From a virus: a stretch of 64,000 bases of DNA. The stretch is taken from the IMG/VR virus record IMGVR_UViG_3300025133_000030, positions 89,804-153,803 of that record. One strand, 5' to 3'. Of this stretch, positions 21,701-34,100 are shown one piece after another (position 1 is the stretch's first letter; each line of letters opens with the position of its first letter). The notes beneath the pieces were generated by a model. The model had not been told where the DNA came from. It was given only the letters and a program-made list of their open reading frames with translations, and ran no database searches. The position numbers were made by a program, and so were the translations under genes.

Positions 21701-22379
21701 AAAGAAAAAGAAGAATTATTATTTTACACAAGTCCACGAAGATGCAATAGCAGAGTATATCTTATCTGAGGATCACTCACACAGGTCAGACCTTTATGTA
21801 AAGGTAATTGGACCGGCTCTAAATGAAATGGTTGATAAAATAATTTATACTTACAAATTTACGACTCTTCCAAATATAGATTCACTAAGAGACGAATGCA
21901 AAGTGTGGTTAACAACGGTAATAGATAAGTATGATCCGAACAAGGGATCAAAAGCATTCTCCTATTTCAGCGTTATAACCAAGAATTGGTTTATTCATAA
22001 AGTTAAGAAAAATTCAAAAAAGACAAGAATCGAAGTAGGTTATGAAGATCTTCCAAAAGAATTAGAAATGATTCATATGTCGGCCCAAAACACCTATGTA
22101 CAAGACCGCGAAAAGTTAGAATTCATGAATCTACTGAAAAGAGAAATGGATTCGTGGGACACGGGCAAGCTTAAGGAAAACGAAAAAAAGGTATTAGAAG
22201 CTGTTAAAATACTCATGACTGACGCTGAGGATATCGAGATTTTCAACAAAAAGGCTATTTATTTATATATAAGAGAAATCACTGGATTAAAAACAAAACA
22301 AGTAGTCAACAACCTTAATAAGATGAGATCTCGATATAAGATTTTTGTCAGGCGTTGGCACGAGGGTAGCATTAGATGA
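21693..22379 (+). CDS. Phage RNA polymerase sigma-like factor (T4 gp55-type, putative late sigma)
   Basis: Region-2-like KYDPNKGSKAFSYFSVITKN resembles the gp55 FDP...FAYFT motif; basic N-terminus with NYYF; located at the head of the virion module. Confidence 0.65.
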   Translation: MPRKKKKNYYFTQVHEDAIAEYILSEDHSHRSDLYVKVIGPALNEMVDKIIYTYKFTTLPNIDSLRDECKVWLTTVIDKYDPNKGSKAFSYFSVITKNWFIHKVKKNSKKTRIEVGYEDLPKELEMIHMSAQNTYVQDREKLEFMNLLKREMDSWDTGKLKENEKKVLEAVKILMTDAEDIEIFNKKAIYLYIREITGLKTKQVVNNLNKMRSRYKIFVRRWHEGSIR

Positions 22380-22666
22380 AGAGTTTCGATGAATTTGTGG
22401 AAGAGGCGTTGAGAAATATAAATGAAGACAGGGCTGCAGCCAAGAGTTTGCTAACAGATGTTATGCTTTATATTAAGAAATCTGACGATAGACAGAGAGA
22501 ATTTGGCCTCATCGCCGCAAAATACCTCGAAACCCTCCAGAGGTCAAATGAGCAAATGGTCAAATTGACTTCTATAATGCATCGTCGAGATGATACTTCT
22601 ACTGAATTATCCGAGGAGGATAAGCAGAATGTTTTTGATATTATAAACGAAGAGGAGAAATCTTAA
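22376..22666 (+). CDS. Hypothetical helical protein
   Basis: ATGA overlap with the sigma-like gene; 96 aa. Confidence 0.65.
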   Translation: MKSFDEFVEEALRNINEDRAAAKSLLTDVMLYIKKSDDRQREFGLIAAKYLETLQRSNEQMVKLTSIMHRRDDTSTELSEEDKQNVFDIINEEEKS

Positions 22667-22667
22667 A

Positions 22668-24095
22668 GTGGTTAAGGTTTTGCCACAGGCATCTAGATTT
22701 TCGGGCACCAAGCGAAAAGATAATGCGATTCTCAAGAATGTTCAAACAGACCTTGCTAGAAAGCTAGCCGAGCAGGCTCTTTTAGAGCAAAGCTTTTATT
22801 CAAATAAATATTATTACGGGATCGTTGTCGCCCTTGAGCGAGTCAACCAGTCGACACCTAGGAACAAGACACCAGCAGACGAAGAAGCCTCAGCCGGCGG
22901 AGCTAATTTTGGTGATCTAACACCCATCGACGGTGGCGACCTAAATCATTACTCTGCAAGGATACATGTCCCTAGGGCATCCTCTGTTCCTTCTCCTAGG
23001 GCTGTTATTGAACTCGAAAAGGATCCAAAAAACAGAGACATGCATGATGCTCACATGTATCCGATAGCAAGAGGGCAAGTACCCGGAACTCTTAGTCCCG
23101 GAGACGTTGTAAAAGTCCGACTAGTTCCAGATACAGATGAATTTTTTATTATTGCTGCTTTTGAGTCTACTGGTTTGACTCCTTGTGATTTGTTAAGTGA
23201 AAATTTTGATGGAACCGAGCCGCACATCGATGCCGAAAGAGCTGAAAGCAGAGACGACACAGAACGAAAACAGGTTCCAGCGCCTGCAACATGCGACGAG
23301 CACGTAAAGGTGGGAGATGATGAAGGCACCGCCGCAAAAGTCTGGGATTTTCGGTCCCCAATCAAAGACACTACATGGGCAAATAATAAATCTAGATGCT
23401 TCTATTCATCTCGTGGAAAAGGTGTGACTCACTATGGTATAGACTTGGGGACTACGATGGGCGAAGAAGTCTTTGCATGCGGCTACGGGGAGATAAGGAC
23501 TGTACGCCCTTATCATGTATACCAATCAGCAGTTAAAGCAGTGTATGAGTACCTGAGAAGCAGAACAGATCTGAACCCCGATGGATTTATGCCGGCATTT
23601 AGTACCTTACTAGCTTCAGAGGGCTCGGACCCTGCCCGCGGCGCTATAACCAATAAAGTCTTTTCAGACTTCATCAAGAAACGTCTCTATCTTGAGTCCG
23701 AGCACGAGCAGATCCGGAGAAAAGTGAGTACTTATCGTGCCGGAACATTTCTTGAGATTAAACACATCGGTGCCCCTGCAAAGTTGGTTAGTCGTTATAT
23801 ACATGTAGCTCCCCTAGCCGGGTTAAGTGCCGGCGACATCGTCAAAGCCGGCGACCTAATCGGCCACGTTACAAAGACTGGAATTATCAACGGCCGTCCA
23901 CATGTTCATTTTGAGTTAGTAACCGACAATGATACTGTCTGGGCTCCATATGGCGTTCGACCCGGTCCGAAACAATCTGGATATAGGAAATTTGCCGTTA
24001 ACCCCGGAGCGCTGATTCCCGGCCTCGAAGCATGGATTCACAATTGCCCAGAAATGACCCCCCATGGCGGCGTCACTTGGACAAACTGCAATTAG
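22668..24095 (+). CDS. Virion-associated M23 peptidase (baseplate hub/peptidoglycan hydrolase) with N-terminal OB-like region
   Basis: HYGID (HxxxD), RYIH, V.AGD.IG and PHVHFE (HxH) M23 motifs; PGDVVKV in the N-terminal part; baseplate context. Confidence 0.78.
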   Translation: MVKVLPQASRFSGTKRKDNAILKNVQTDLARKLAEQALLEQSFYSNKYYYGIVVALERVNQSTPRNKTPADEEASAGGANFGDLTPIDGGDLNHYSARIHVPRASSVPSPRAVIELEKDPKNRDMHDAHMYPIARGQVPGTLSPGDVVKVRLVPDTDEFFIIAAFESTGLTPCDLLSENFDGTEPHIDAERAESRDDTERKQVPAPATCDEHVKVGDDEGTAAKVWDFRSPIKDTTWANNKSRCFYSSRGKGVTHYGIDLGTTMGEEVFACGYGEIRTVRPYHVYQSAVKAVYEYLRSRTDLNPDGFMPAFSTLLASEGSDPARGAITNKVFSDFIKKRLYLESEHEQIRRKVSTYRAGTFLEIKHIGAPAKLVSRYIHVAPLAGLSAGDIVKAGDLIGHVTKTGIINGRPHVHFELVTDNDTVWAPYGVRPGPKQSGYRKFAVNPGALIPGLEAWIHNCPEMTPHGGVTWTNCN

Positions 24096-24110
24096 CATAA
24101 GGAAGGTACG

Positions 24111-25130
24111 ATGTCAGGAAAGAACTCTCTACAAACAAAACTACCGGTAGAATCTCGCGGCCGAAGACATAATAGTCAATATTTGACCCCGAAGCAAATA
24201 AGGCAAAACAAGGGAAAGCCCGAAGAAGAAGCAGGCCTTTTTTGCGACATCAATAATTTTGATCCTATACCGTTATATAGAAAGGCTCCGGGCGAGACCG
24301 TCGTCGGTTACGCAAATAACGCAATAATTGTAATAGGTCACGATCGACCTGCAGGTTTTGATAGCGGTTATGGCGGGAAGGGATTCAACGCGGCATCTGA
24401 CATCTTTTTATGTGCCGGCCTAAATGGTACTGACCCAAAGGCATATTTCGACGGATCTAAAGTGGAAGTGGATAGAAGCCCCCACAATGATTCCGCTTTC
24501 ATTCATATAAGTCAAATGAGCGACGTGGATGAAAATTTGGGCCTAGGAACGACGTTCTTGGGCACACCAGACGAATATATACATTCAGCAGGTAAATCCT
24601 CTATATCCCTCAAAGCTGATCATTTAAGGATTGTAGGGAGAGAGGGCGTCGTGATTATGGGCCGCGGCACAGATTCTAGAAACTCCCAAGGTGGGGGGAT
24701 AATTGGCATTCCCGGGGTTCACTTGGTCGGCAACTGGGAAAACGAGGCGATGATGGGACAACAAGAGCCGCTAGTCAAGGGAACTAAACTAGTACAGTTT
24801 TTGGAAGAGTTCATGAGCGAAATGCAAGAGTTTGTCGACACGTTTAACAAATTTCTCAATTTCCAGATGAAATTCAATGAGGCCATCGCGTCTCATAGTC
24901 ACATCGGGTTTATGGGTGTCAATGTGATGCCTTCGATAAAGTTGCAGCTTCAAGGTATAGAAACACAGTTTAAATCTTTTGACGTAGCTCTCGACACCCT
25001 GAAGGGCGACTATAGCTCGCAAGGTATGTCCTTTCAGTATCTCGGCGGCGCAGACCCTAAGACAGGAATTAAATCTGAACCCGGCCTTCTTTCTGATCAT
25101 ATTTTGAGTAAACATAATACAACAAATTAA
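24111..25130 (+). CDS. Putative baseplate spike (gp5/gpV-like)
   Basis: Beta-rich core (ISLKADHLRIVGREGV), EPLVKG..L helix and ASHSH (HxH) spike-tip-like motif; adjacent to M23 and gp25 genes. Confidence 0.55.
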   Translation: MSGKNSLQTKLPVESRGRRHNSQYLTPKQIRQNKGKPEEEAGLFCDINNFDPIPLYRKAPGETVVGYANNAIIVIGHDRPAGFDSGYGGKGFNAASDIFLCAGLNGTDPKAYFDGSKVEVDRSPHNDSAFIHISQMSDVDENLGLGTTFLGTPDEYIHSAGKSSISLKADHLRIVGREGVVIMGRGTDSRNSQGGGIIGIPGVHLVGNWENEAMMGQQEPLVKGTKLVQFLEEFMSEMQEFVDTFNKFLNFQMKFNEAIASHSHIGFMGVNVMPSIKLQLQGIETQFKSFDVALDTLKGDYSSQGMSFQYLGGADPKTGIKSEPGLLSDHILSKHNTTN

Positions 25131-25138
25131 TTAATTTT

Positions 25139-25145
25139 CTAATTA
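25139..25145 (+). promoter_or_regulatory. Candidate late promoter CTAATTA
   Basis: Intergenic, 20 nt upstream of ATG 25166. Confidence 0.5.
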
Positions 25146-25165
25146 GGTACATAAAGGCTTAAAAT

Positions 25166-28100
25166 ATGGCAAGAATACCCGGAACAGCAGTAACCCAAAG
25201 ATCCCCCATGACCCAAGCTCAACGCGAGCTTGAGAATTCATACGACTGGAGAACTCTAGAAGAGCCCAAGTACGTCCCGAATGAGGCGGCATACGTCGTT
25301 AATATAAAGACTCCATACGCTTCATCTCGCGGCGGAGGTATCGGAGTTGATGAATCTCAATTAGCTGATATAAAAGCATGGGCCCGAACTCAGGCCATAA
25401 AGAAGATCTTCGACTTTTATGATAAAAAGTGTGTATTCTTGTCTGGTGGCAACCCGGAACCGCACGATTCTTGGAGACAGAGATATCCGGGACTGGGTGA
25501 GGGCATACACGAATCTTGGAGAAACTATCTAATAGAGAGTAATCCTCCAGCCAGTGGAGAGAGATCTGTTGACGGGTTCACGTGGAATTCTAGAGAATTA
25601 GCAGGGATTCTAGGAATTACCTTTGAAGAGATAACTATAGAAGATTATTATAATGAACCATCTTTCGGTGACCCAACTGATTGGTTCATTTCCAGTCGCC
25701 CCGGATCAACAATACAAGTTAAGGTGCTTTTTGCAGCAGACTATGTAGACGCAATTCCTCAAAATATAGAAGGGTACACTGGCTCTGGAGGCCTTTCTCG
25801 TAACGCCAAAAAAAGTCTCATAGCGAAAATGGCAACATACCCTCTCTTCGGGACACCAGAAGAGACAAGAAGAGGAAGAACAATAATAGATCCCGGCTCA
25901 GCCCGGGCAAGAGATTATTCAGACGTCAGAAGAAACGTAGGAACTCTAGATGCTGCGCTTTCAGGCGACGAAACCGCGAAAGACACTATTAGAAAATCAG
26001 CCCAGCGAGGGTTCGAGCAAAGCAGAACAAAGAGGGAGTTCGATTATTATAATAGAAAGTTCAAACTAAAGGGTCCGTATCGCCAAGACCAAGATCCCTT
26101 TAGTGCACCAGATAATCAATCGTTTACTAGCGCTATAGCATCGGCAAGAGACCAAGGCGCTTTGGTCGGGGCGAAAGTTTTAGCTAGAGAGTTAGCAGTA
26201 AACGAAGGAAAGAATTACTTAAAATCTTCAATGAAGCAAGGTGCCAATGCTGCCTATGACAAATCTGCAAGAAAAGCCGCCGTCGCCGCAGCAAAGTCCA
26301 ACAACAAGAAGGGTGAAGATTTAGCTAATATTGATAGTCCAGTCGTGACTAGGAGATATGAAACTAGAAACTTTTTGGAGAAAATTGAATTTGTAGCAAA
26401 GTCTCTAGAGGAATTTGACAAAGATGTTAAAAAATTCAGGGAGAGCGGTGGAGAAATTTACTTCTCGTTTCTTGCACCATTCGAAGGGGAAGCAGAGGAA
26501 ATAAAAAGACAACAAAAAGAAGCTCAAGAGAAAATTTATTCTGATAAGAGAAAAGGTGTTTACGGTACCGGCCCTGAGCGCCATGACAAGGCAGCACGAG
26601 CCGTCGAAAAGTCAGATGAAGAGGTAATCGCTCGTATCCATTCCCAGAGCATGCAGAAATTAAATCTAAAGAGGGAGGCAAATAGCCTAAGGCAAATAGC
26701 GAATAGCCTTGCAGGGTTTTTATCAGACAATACGGAAGTATACAAGAAGGATCACAAGGAAAGGTGGAAAGCTGGCTCTGGCATACCCATGTCGCCGTTT
26801 AATCAGGGTTTCGCAGGGCAAGGTCCATTTTTGGATATCAATTTCCACATATTAAACAAACAAACTGAACCACTGATTGACATTGATTTCCCGACAGGCA
26901 CTGCCCTGACCGCGGCTATGGATTATCATGGCCCCGGAAGACACAAGAAATTCCCAACAGCAGACGCTATAGACGAAGAATTGTCTCAATATATTGAGGA
27001 GGTGGGCATCAGTGGTCGACTCGCCAGTGTTACATATATCGACAAAGGATTTGTCGAGTATCCCTGCCTCTATAATGTCGGTGCATTCATGAAATCGGGA
27101 GGCTTCACTAACCCGGTATCTGTTGGGTATCTTTTCCAACTAGACACGATGTATGATGAGCTTATGGCACTAAACAGTTGCCGCGAGATTGGCGCTGGCA
27201 TACCATCATTTCCGTTCATATTTAGATTTACGTATCCGGGACTTCAAATAAAGCCAGCAAAACCAACGGCTAAAGCTAAATTTAAGCTAGGAAGCTCTGT
27301 AAAGACTGAAGCCGAAGGTATAAAAGAAGACGCAATATATAGCAGCAAGATGGCAAAACGCGATGCTGGCGGCGCTCTCAAGGGTGCTTCGAATTATGTA
27401 GCGCAAAAACTACCGTACGGCAACATATGCACGCTCAAGGAGCTTCATCAAAAATTCCTGAAAAAGTTCAGCCTTAGTAAAATCTTGTGTGATCTTTACG
27501 CCTGTTTTCAGCTTCCCGGAATTCCAGACATAAGCTTGTGGCAGCCGAAGTTCTCGATGCCCAAATTTAAGAAGTCTAAAACCGGCTGGCCAAAGATAAA
27601 TCTCAAAGACGCATTGAAAGAGATGATCGTGAGGTTTCTTTGCGGATTAATTACAGAATTGATAAATGCAGTCAATTCCCCTGATTGCGATGCTTGGAAG
27701 GAATTTGCAGGAGATCTTATTGGAGGCATAATAGAGGATATAAAGGCAGAATTGAATCAGGCACTCGAAAATATAGTTCCGGGCCTAGGTCAAGCAGCTT
27801 TCGGTCTACCGGAACTAGAAAGAGAAGATGCCTGCCCAGATCTTGGAGGTGTTACTCCGACACCCAATAGATTAGGTACGCAAAACCAACAGTTACTGTC
27901 TGCTTCGTCTGTGTCCGACTTGGTTGAAAAGCTTTCTCACGCTCTCCGTCCAAGTGAATTTTGCTCTCTCTTGGCTGGCGAGCCTGACGAAATGACGTTG
28001 CAAGTAGTAAACGTCATGATAGATTCTAGATATCCCGCGCTTAGAACTATTTTTACTACAAATGACATCATAATGAGTGTTTTTTCAGCCCTTGGATCAA

Positions 28101-31100
28101 CTATTATTGGACAAGATCTGTGTCAGTTGATGTTGGGTGCTGTATCAGGACCCAGCGGCCCAGATGCTCTGTGCGATGTGGACGCATTCAGACAAAGAGT
28201 TTTAGCAAACAGAGTTTCGAAAGATGAATTAGACGAACAGGTCGAAGCCGATAAGCGCCGGCGAAATAGGCTCTACAACAAACTCAAGAGACTAGCCGAT
28301 TCACAAAACATTTTATCTGGAGTCGTTCCAGACAACATCGTTGGTGGTACACCAGATTCTGACAACCCTGCTTTGGTGCCGTTGTATGTCCCGGGAAGTA
28401 GAGTCGACGCTGCTGCGGACATAGCAATAAGGACAGTCTTTAATGCAATAACAGCGCCCTATGACGTGGAAGTAAAATCATTCAAAAATCGGATGAGAGG
28501 CCCCGCGCTCGGGCAGGCATCTGCAGGCTCAGCTCCAAGCGAACCCCCAATTGATGCACTTAGATTCAGAGCTTTGATGGACAACCCAGATAGTGTTTTT
28601 TATAACCCGACTGGGATACAGCCAGATTGGTATACCGGGCAAAACTTGATGGACGATACAGAGTTGTTGTCTAGAATGTTCGAAGCATGGCAGAATTATA
28701 ACAAGACTCTGAATCCTGACCCACAAGGGGAGACGGAAGCTGTATTTGCTGAGAAACTCATCATGCTGTTGAGAGATTTTAAGTCAATAGAGCGAGTACA
28801 AACAGAAGATAGGGTCGCCAAATTCAAACTACTTGTAGAACCAGATGAGTCTCCGGATGATGATATGGGTGTTGAAATAGAATATTCTCACAAGCCTAGT
28901 ACTTTTTGTATAACAGACACATACAATTTGAAAGACACTTATTCTGTTTCTATATCTGGCGAAGGCATGCAGCATGAAATATCATTCGATGGCAGCTCAG
29001 AAGTTGATATTGAAGGAGAGGCCATAAGGGAACAGATTTCCGACTACGATATTAAAGAATTTAGAAGAGAAGATGGACTACCCATACAGCAGCAAATATA
29101 TGCATTCTTCGCCGCCGATATTTGGTCCGAATATTTCGGCCATGGATTCAAGTTCAATAATCATAATTCTGGCTACGGTTCTCCATTTTTCTCATACATG
29201 GCCAGCAACCAATTTTACACTGTAATAGAATCAATTTTGCAGACAATAGCAAAAAGGATAGCAGAGTCAGATTTGATAACCAAGGACGAGTTTGGTCGAT
29301 ACGGCCTTGAAAATATTGATCTGAATCCTGTGTTTGATAGCGACGGTTGTCGCCTAGATGGTTTAATTTCCATAAACTCGGCGATCCAATCAGTTAAACA
29401 GCACTTTTATGGCTTAATGGGGCAAGAAGATCAAGATTATGACCCCGGTCCATTACCGCTGTCTATGGCCTCCAAGGGTGTCACATCCATTCTTGTTAGG
29501 TTGATGATTGTTCAAGTTGTCTTAGAGGGTATTGTATCCTTTAAAGAATTTGGAATAAACACATTATATGAAGATGAGATGTTAGTCCACTATATGATGA
29601 AACGCTTCGACACAATGCTGCAAAACTTCGATTCGCCAGCAGACTATACAGGTAATGGCGACTACAGCAATTTCTTTAAGATGTTTCAGCTTCTTTTAAT
29701 TTTTTCTGAGAGGGAGCAAGTCACAACAGACGAAGTGAGCAATCTGTCTGCAGCATTGGTGACCTTATCTGCCCCTTCAACCACCATGGATGAGGAGGAA
29801 TTCGAAGCTCGACATCCTGATCTTTTTAGCGAGATTGAATACCAAGCAGCACTAAAGAAATCTATAATCTCTAACAGTATGCTTGTGGCTGACTCCGTAA
29901 GGACAATAATAGGTGCAGCCACTAGAGACATCTTTCTGGCATATGCCAACAACTTAGACGTCATGGACGTTGCAGCAAGCCGTCATAAAATTGACGGCTG
30001 GGAAGATATATATGGCACCGCCGACACCGGAGGCCGCTTGGGTCATTCATCCCTCGCCGAACTCGAATATAACGACGAATTAAGACACGAAGACGGGTTT
30101 AGACGACATATCGAGCAGGTAATAGGGCCCTTTCCTTACAACCCAGAAGAGAAGAATAGGTTTTATAATCCGGACGGAACGCTAAAGGCAGGCATGGAAT
30201 CTTTCACCGATGGAGGATTCGTGCTGGAAAAATTCATAAAGATCCAAGAAGTAAATTGGAACGACGAAGTATTCAGAGGGTACTCCAATGGAGTCTTGAA
30301 CGCTAGAGATGAGCAAAGAGTTCTAGTTCGACATCCTGAAATCACAGAAGCTCCAGCAGGAAACTTAATCCCCGTTGAGAGCTTCAAGGAATGGGTATTT
30401 GAGATGGTCGGCAGACCACCAACACAAAGAGGGGATGAAGATTGGTTCGGAGCCTATTTCGACTGCTCTAACACATTTTATGGTACAGCGACAGCATGTG
30501 AGGAGAGACTTTCAGATGAAGATGGATACGGACCAAACGATGTCGGATACGATGAAACAAAAGATCTCTATGGATTAACCCCAGCATATCTTCCAAATGG
30601 ACACCATGACTTTGGCGACGACGGTAATGGCCATTACCACGAAAAAACAGATCAAAACGGAGGATCAGATAGTAATATTTTATTTACAACTGGAAAATTG
30701 CCTATACACACAGGGGACACTTGGGGCCCAGACAATGGAATTTCCATAAGAGGTTACGCTACACCACAAGGCCGCTCAGCAACTGACACCGGCCCGAACG
30801 CCATCGACAAGCAGATAGAAAGATATCTTCTGGATCCTGCAAGTTCCCAGAACCCATGGGTACCGCTTAGGTTTGAAAAAATAAGGTTCATGTACACAGA
30901 GGATCAACGAACGTCGGATAAAAATCCATTCTTAAGAACGAAGCTGGATACATTCAGAAGAAGATCTCCATCACTTTCTCCATCTCGATATATCGAGGAT
31001 TTCACCAATGACGGCTTATTGGGCATGTCAACAACTGAGACTGATAATTCTATTGAGCCAAAACATAATGACACTTGTGGCACAAAATATGTAATATATT

Positions 31101-34100
31101 TCGTTGATGCAAATGCTTTATTTGCGGATTTTCCTAGAGATTCTTGGAGAAGAAACCCCGCAACCGGAAGATATGAATTAATAGACCAAGCGTCAGCTGC
31201 GACTTTACCGAAATCACTACAAAGCTTGAACCCAATCGCACCACCAAAGTCACTAATGGCAAACAAGCTTCAAGGTGCTATGGATTATGAAAATTACACC
31301 GACAAGAATAAAGTAAGGCTGACTGTAGTCGATAAAGAGACTTGGACAAGTTTACATAAAATCTGGGCCGGTACAACAAGTCAGAAGCTATCAAGCGGAG
31401 CAACAGTCGAAGACCTAATAACTAGAAGTAGGAATGTGCAGGTATCACGTGATGACGTGGCATCTATAGCTGCAATCAAAGAAAGGGAAGTGTTTTGGGA
31501 AACAACATATAAGACGTGCTTATATAGTACTCCCGAGGAAGAGCACCTACACAAGGGTATAGCAAAATCGATTGGCCAAGACGTAACTGGAAAATCGACC
31601 GTAGATGAAAAAGGCAACATGACGGGTAATAGATTTTCGATATCTGGCCGGCAAATAACTGTGAGAGCAGTTCCTCCTGAAAAAGGCGGCTCATATGCAG
31701 AGCAGCAAGCATACACATACGTATCCAGAGGGCGATACCTAGGCAAAGCCCCAGAAAGAACCGAAACATTCGGTGAAGCAGCAGAAAACTGGTGGGATGA
31801 ATATGGAGATTATGTAACAGCAGTCGGCGCGGGAATAGCAATCGGCGCTTTGGCCGCGGCCACCGGTGGCGCAGGCCTAGGTGCACTAGCTGCAGGTGTT
31901 GGCGGTGCCGGCGGTGCCGGCGGAGGTGCATTAGCTGGCGCAGCAGCAGTTGCTGGTGCCGGTGCCGTCGCTGGTGCTGCCGTCGGCGCTGCCGGCGGCG
32001 CTGTTGCGGCCGGGGTAATGGCTATTGAAGATGCTTTAGAGACCGAAGCAGGAATAACATCTACCGTCAACACTTTGCGAAGCGATGCAATTGCAAGAAG
32101 ACAAGAAGGTTTTCTAAAAGAAGAGAAAAATGCCACGTCTGTATTCCAAGGAAATGGAATCCAAATGGGCGATCTTGTAACTGTTTGGGCCGACGTCGAC
32201 TGGCGCGATTATCTATCGACGCAGGATTCTGGCCGAAGTCGCTTTGGTTGGTTTACTGACAACTGTTATCGTTATGGGTTCGATCGACAAATAGAAGCCA
32301 ACGACCCTACTATCGAAGGGCCATGGAGTCGGAGAAACGATACCAGTTTGCCGTATTGGTATGACCGAGCAGGGGGGTGGTTTTTTACATGCGGTACCGC
32401 AGTTAATTACGCAGTCGAGCCATATTGGACCAGTGATCCGGGCGCCCGTCACCCTGCAGATTTCCAGTCTAATTCCGACTCTCCGTTGAACGTGGCAACT
32501 AATATGTCTGCAGACTTGCCGAATAACCTTGCACTTCGTGATTACTTGGAATCAAATAAAGCCATCGAGCGCCATATGGGGTTAGATTTTGAGTCTGGAT
32601 TGAGCGTCGACGGCAACGCTCATCACACAATGTTTAAGAACTGGCCAGTCTACTCTACTGGTCGACCCGGATATCAATATGTTGGGTGGTTGAGTAGTGA
32701 TATTAGAGTAAATGGCAACACGACCATCACAAATCCCGAGGACCCAATTCTTACAACAGAGATGGAAACCACACCAGCAGAAGACTCAGTGACAACGCTT
32801 AGTTCAATTATTTCAGGAAAATCCACATATATTCACTCAAGTGGGAAATCAATTAGAGACAATAACTTGTCCGCCGGATTTATAAACCTAAATGAATCTT
32901 TGCTTACTGCAGCTGACTATAACAATTGGGCCGACGTAGTTCGGCAAGGCGGAGACCCAACACTAGTTCACACATTAGAGCAGAGCAAAATTGCACTCGA
33001 AAACGAATTGGCAGCACTGCCGGCAATTACTTTAAGGGCAAATAGTCCTGAACTATTAGAGAGGAGGGAGATAGAACAACGCATCAACGACCAGATAGCA
33101 TTTATCGAATCTGTACTAGATCCAATCGGATCCTTTGGCGATATCGGAGCGTACGAGTTTCTGTCTGCAATCCACGGCCGCACCAAATGGTACGGGTCCA
33201 TGCCGGTAAGATTATCGGAAAGGTCAGAATTTCTAGCCTTGGGTATTGATGCGAACGGGGTATATCTTGATCAAAACAACGACAGCAGTAAATTCAACCC
33301 AGACGAAGAAAGACTTTCTTTTGCTTCAACGCGTGGCATGTACACAAAAAGGGAAGCAAATCCATACTTCTGGATGCCCAGTTCCATGTTCTTTTTAGGT
33401 GGACTAGGAAACCAAGGATATAGAGTAGAGAACACCTCTGAGTTCGGAGCAGAATGGCAAGCCGGCGGCGGTGCACGAGACCAGCCTTCTAATGCAGAAG
33501 CTGAAAACCCAGCTTTATGTAGAGAATATTATATACCATCTCCATTTGGCATACACCCTAACTTGGGTTATGATACTCGTGGCACTGGCGGCGTACGCTC
33601 CGGTGATCCGGTTTCATGGAATAGGCTCGGTTATAAAGACAAAATGAGCCTGCATGATATCTACCAGTCCGATTTCCCGGGATCTGACGCGAGTCTTCAC
33701 AACGCCGGCTTCACCTACGCCCGGGATTCGAAAGCGCCGGCATACTACTGCGAGCCGGGACACACTTTAGGCATGGATTTCCCCGGAGAAAAAGATCCAG
33801 ATGAGTTAGGTCAGAATGTTATTAGGGACTTGATGACTTATGGTATTTATAACGACGATAGTAACTTTGATGATATTATAAACTCAATCGCCAACGGTAC
33901 CGGAGAAATATCGTACAGAGACTGGTGGTTCACCAGCGGTAGATTTGCCCATGAACACGATACGCAAGATTACCCCTTGCCGAGAATCACCCGAGAGGAA
34001 GGCGAATCCGATGATGAATTCGAACGAAGAAAAACCTCAGAGCAAACTGCATGGAGATCCGCCCGAAACGCCGACATTAAAAAATGGTTCAGTTCTGGCG

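Noticed and set aside
31476-32136. Minus-strand Ala/Pro- and Arg/His-rich ORFs
   Set aside because: These are antisense shadows of the GC-rich Gly/Ala tract of the 3836-aa gene.
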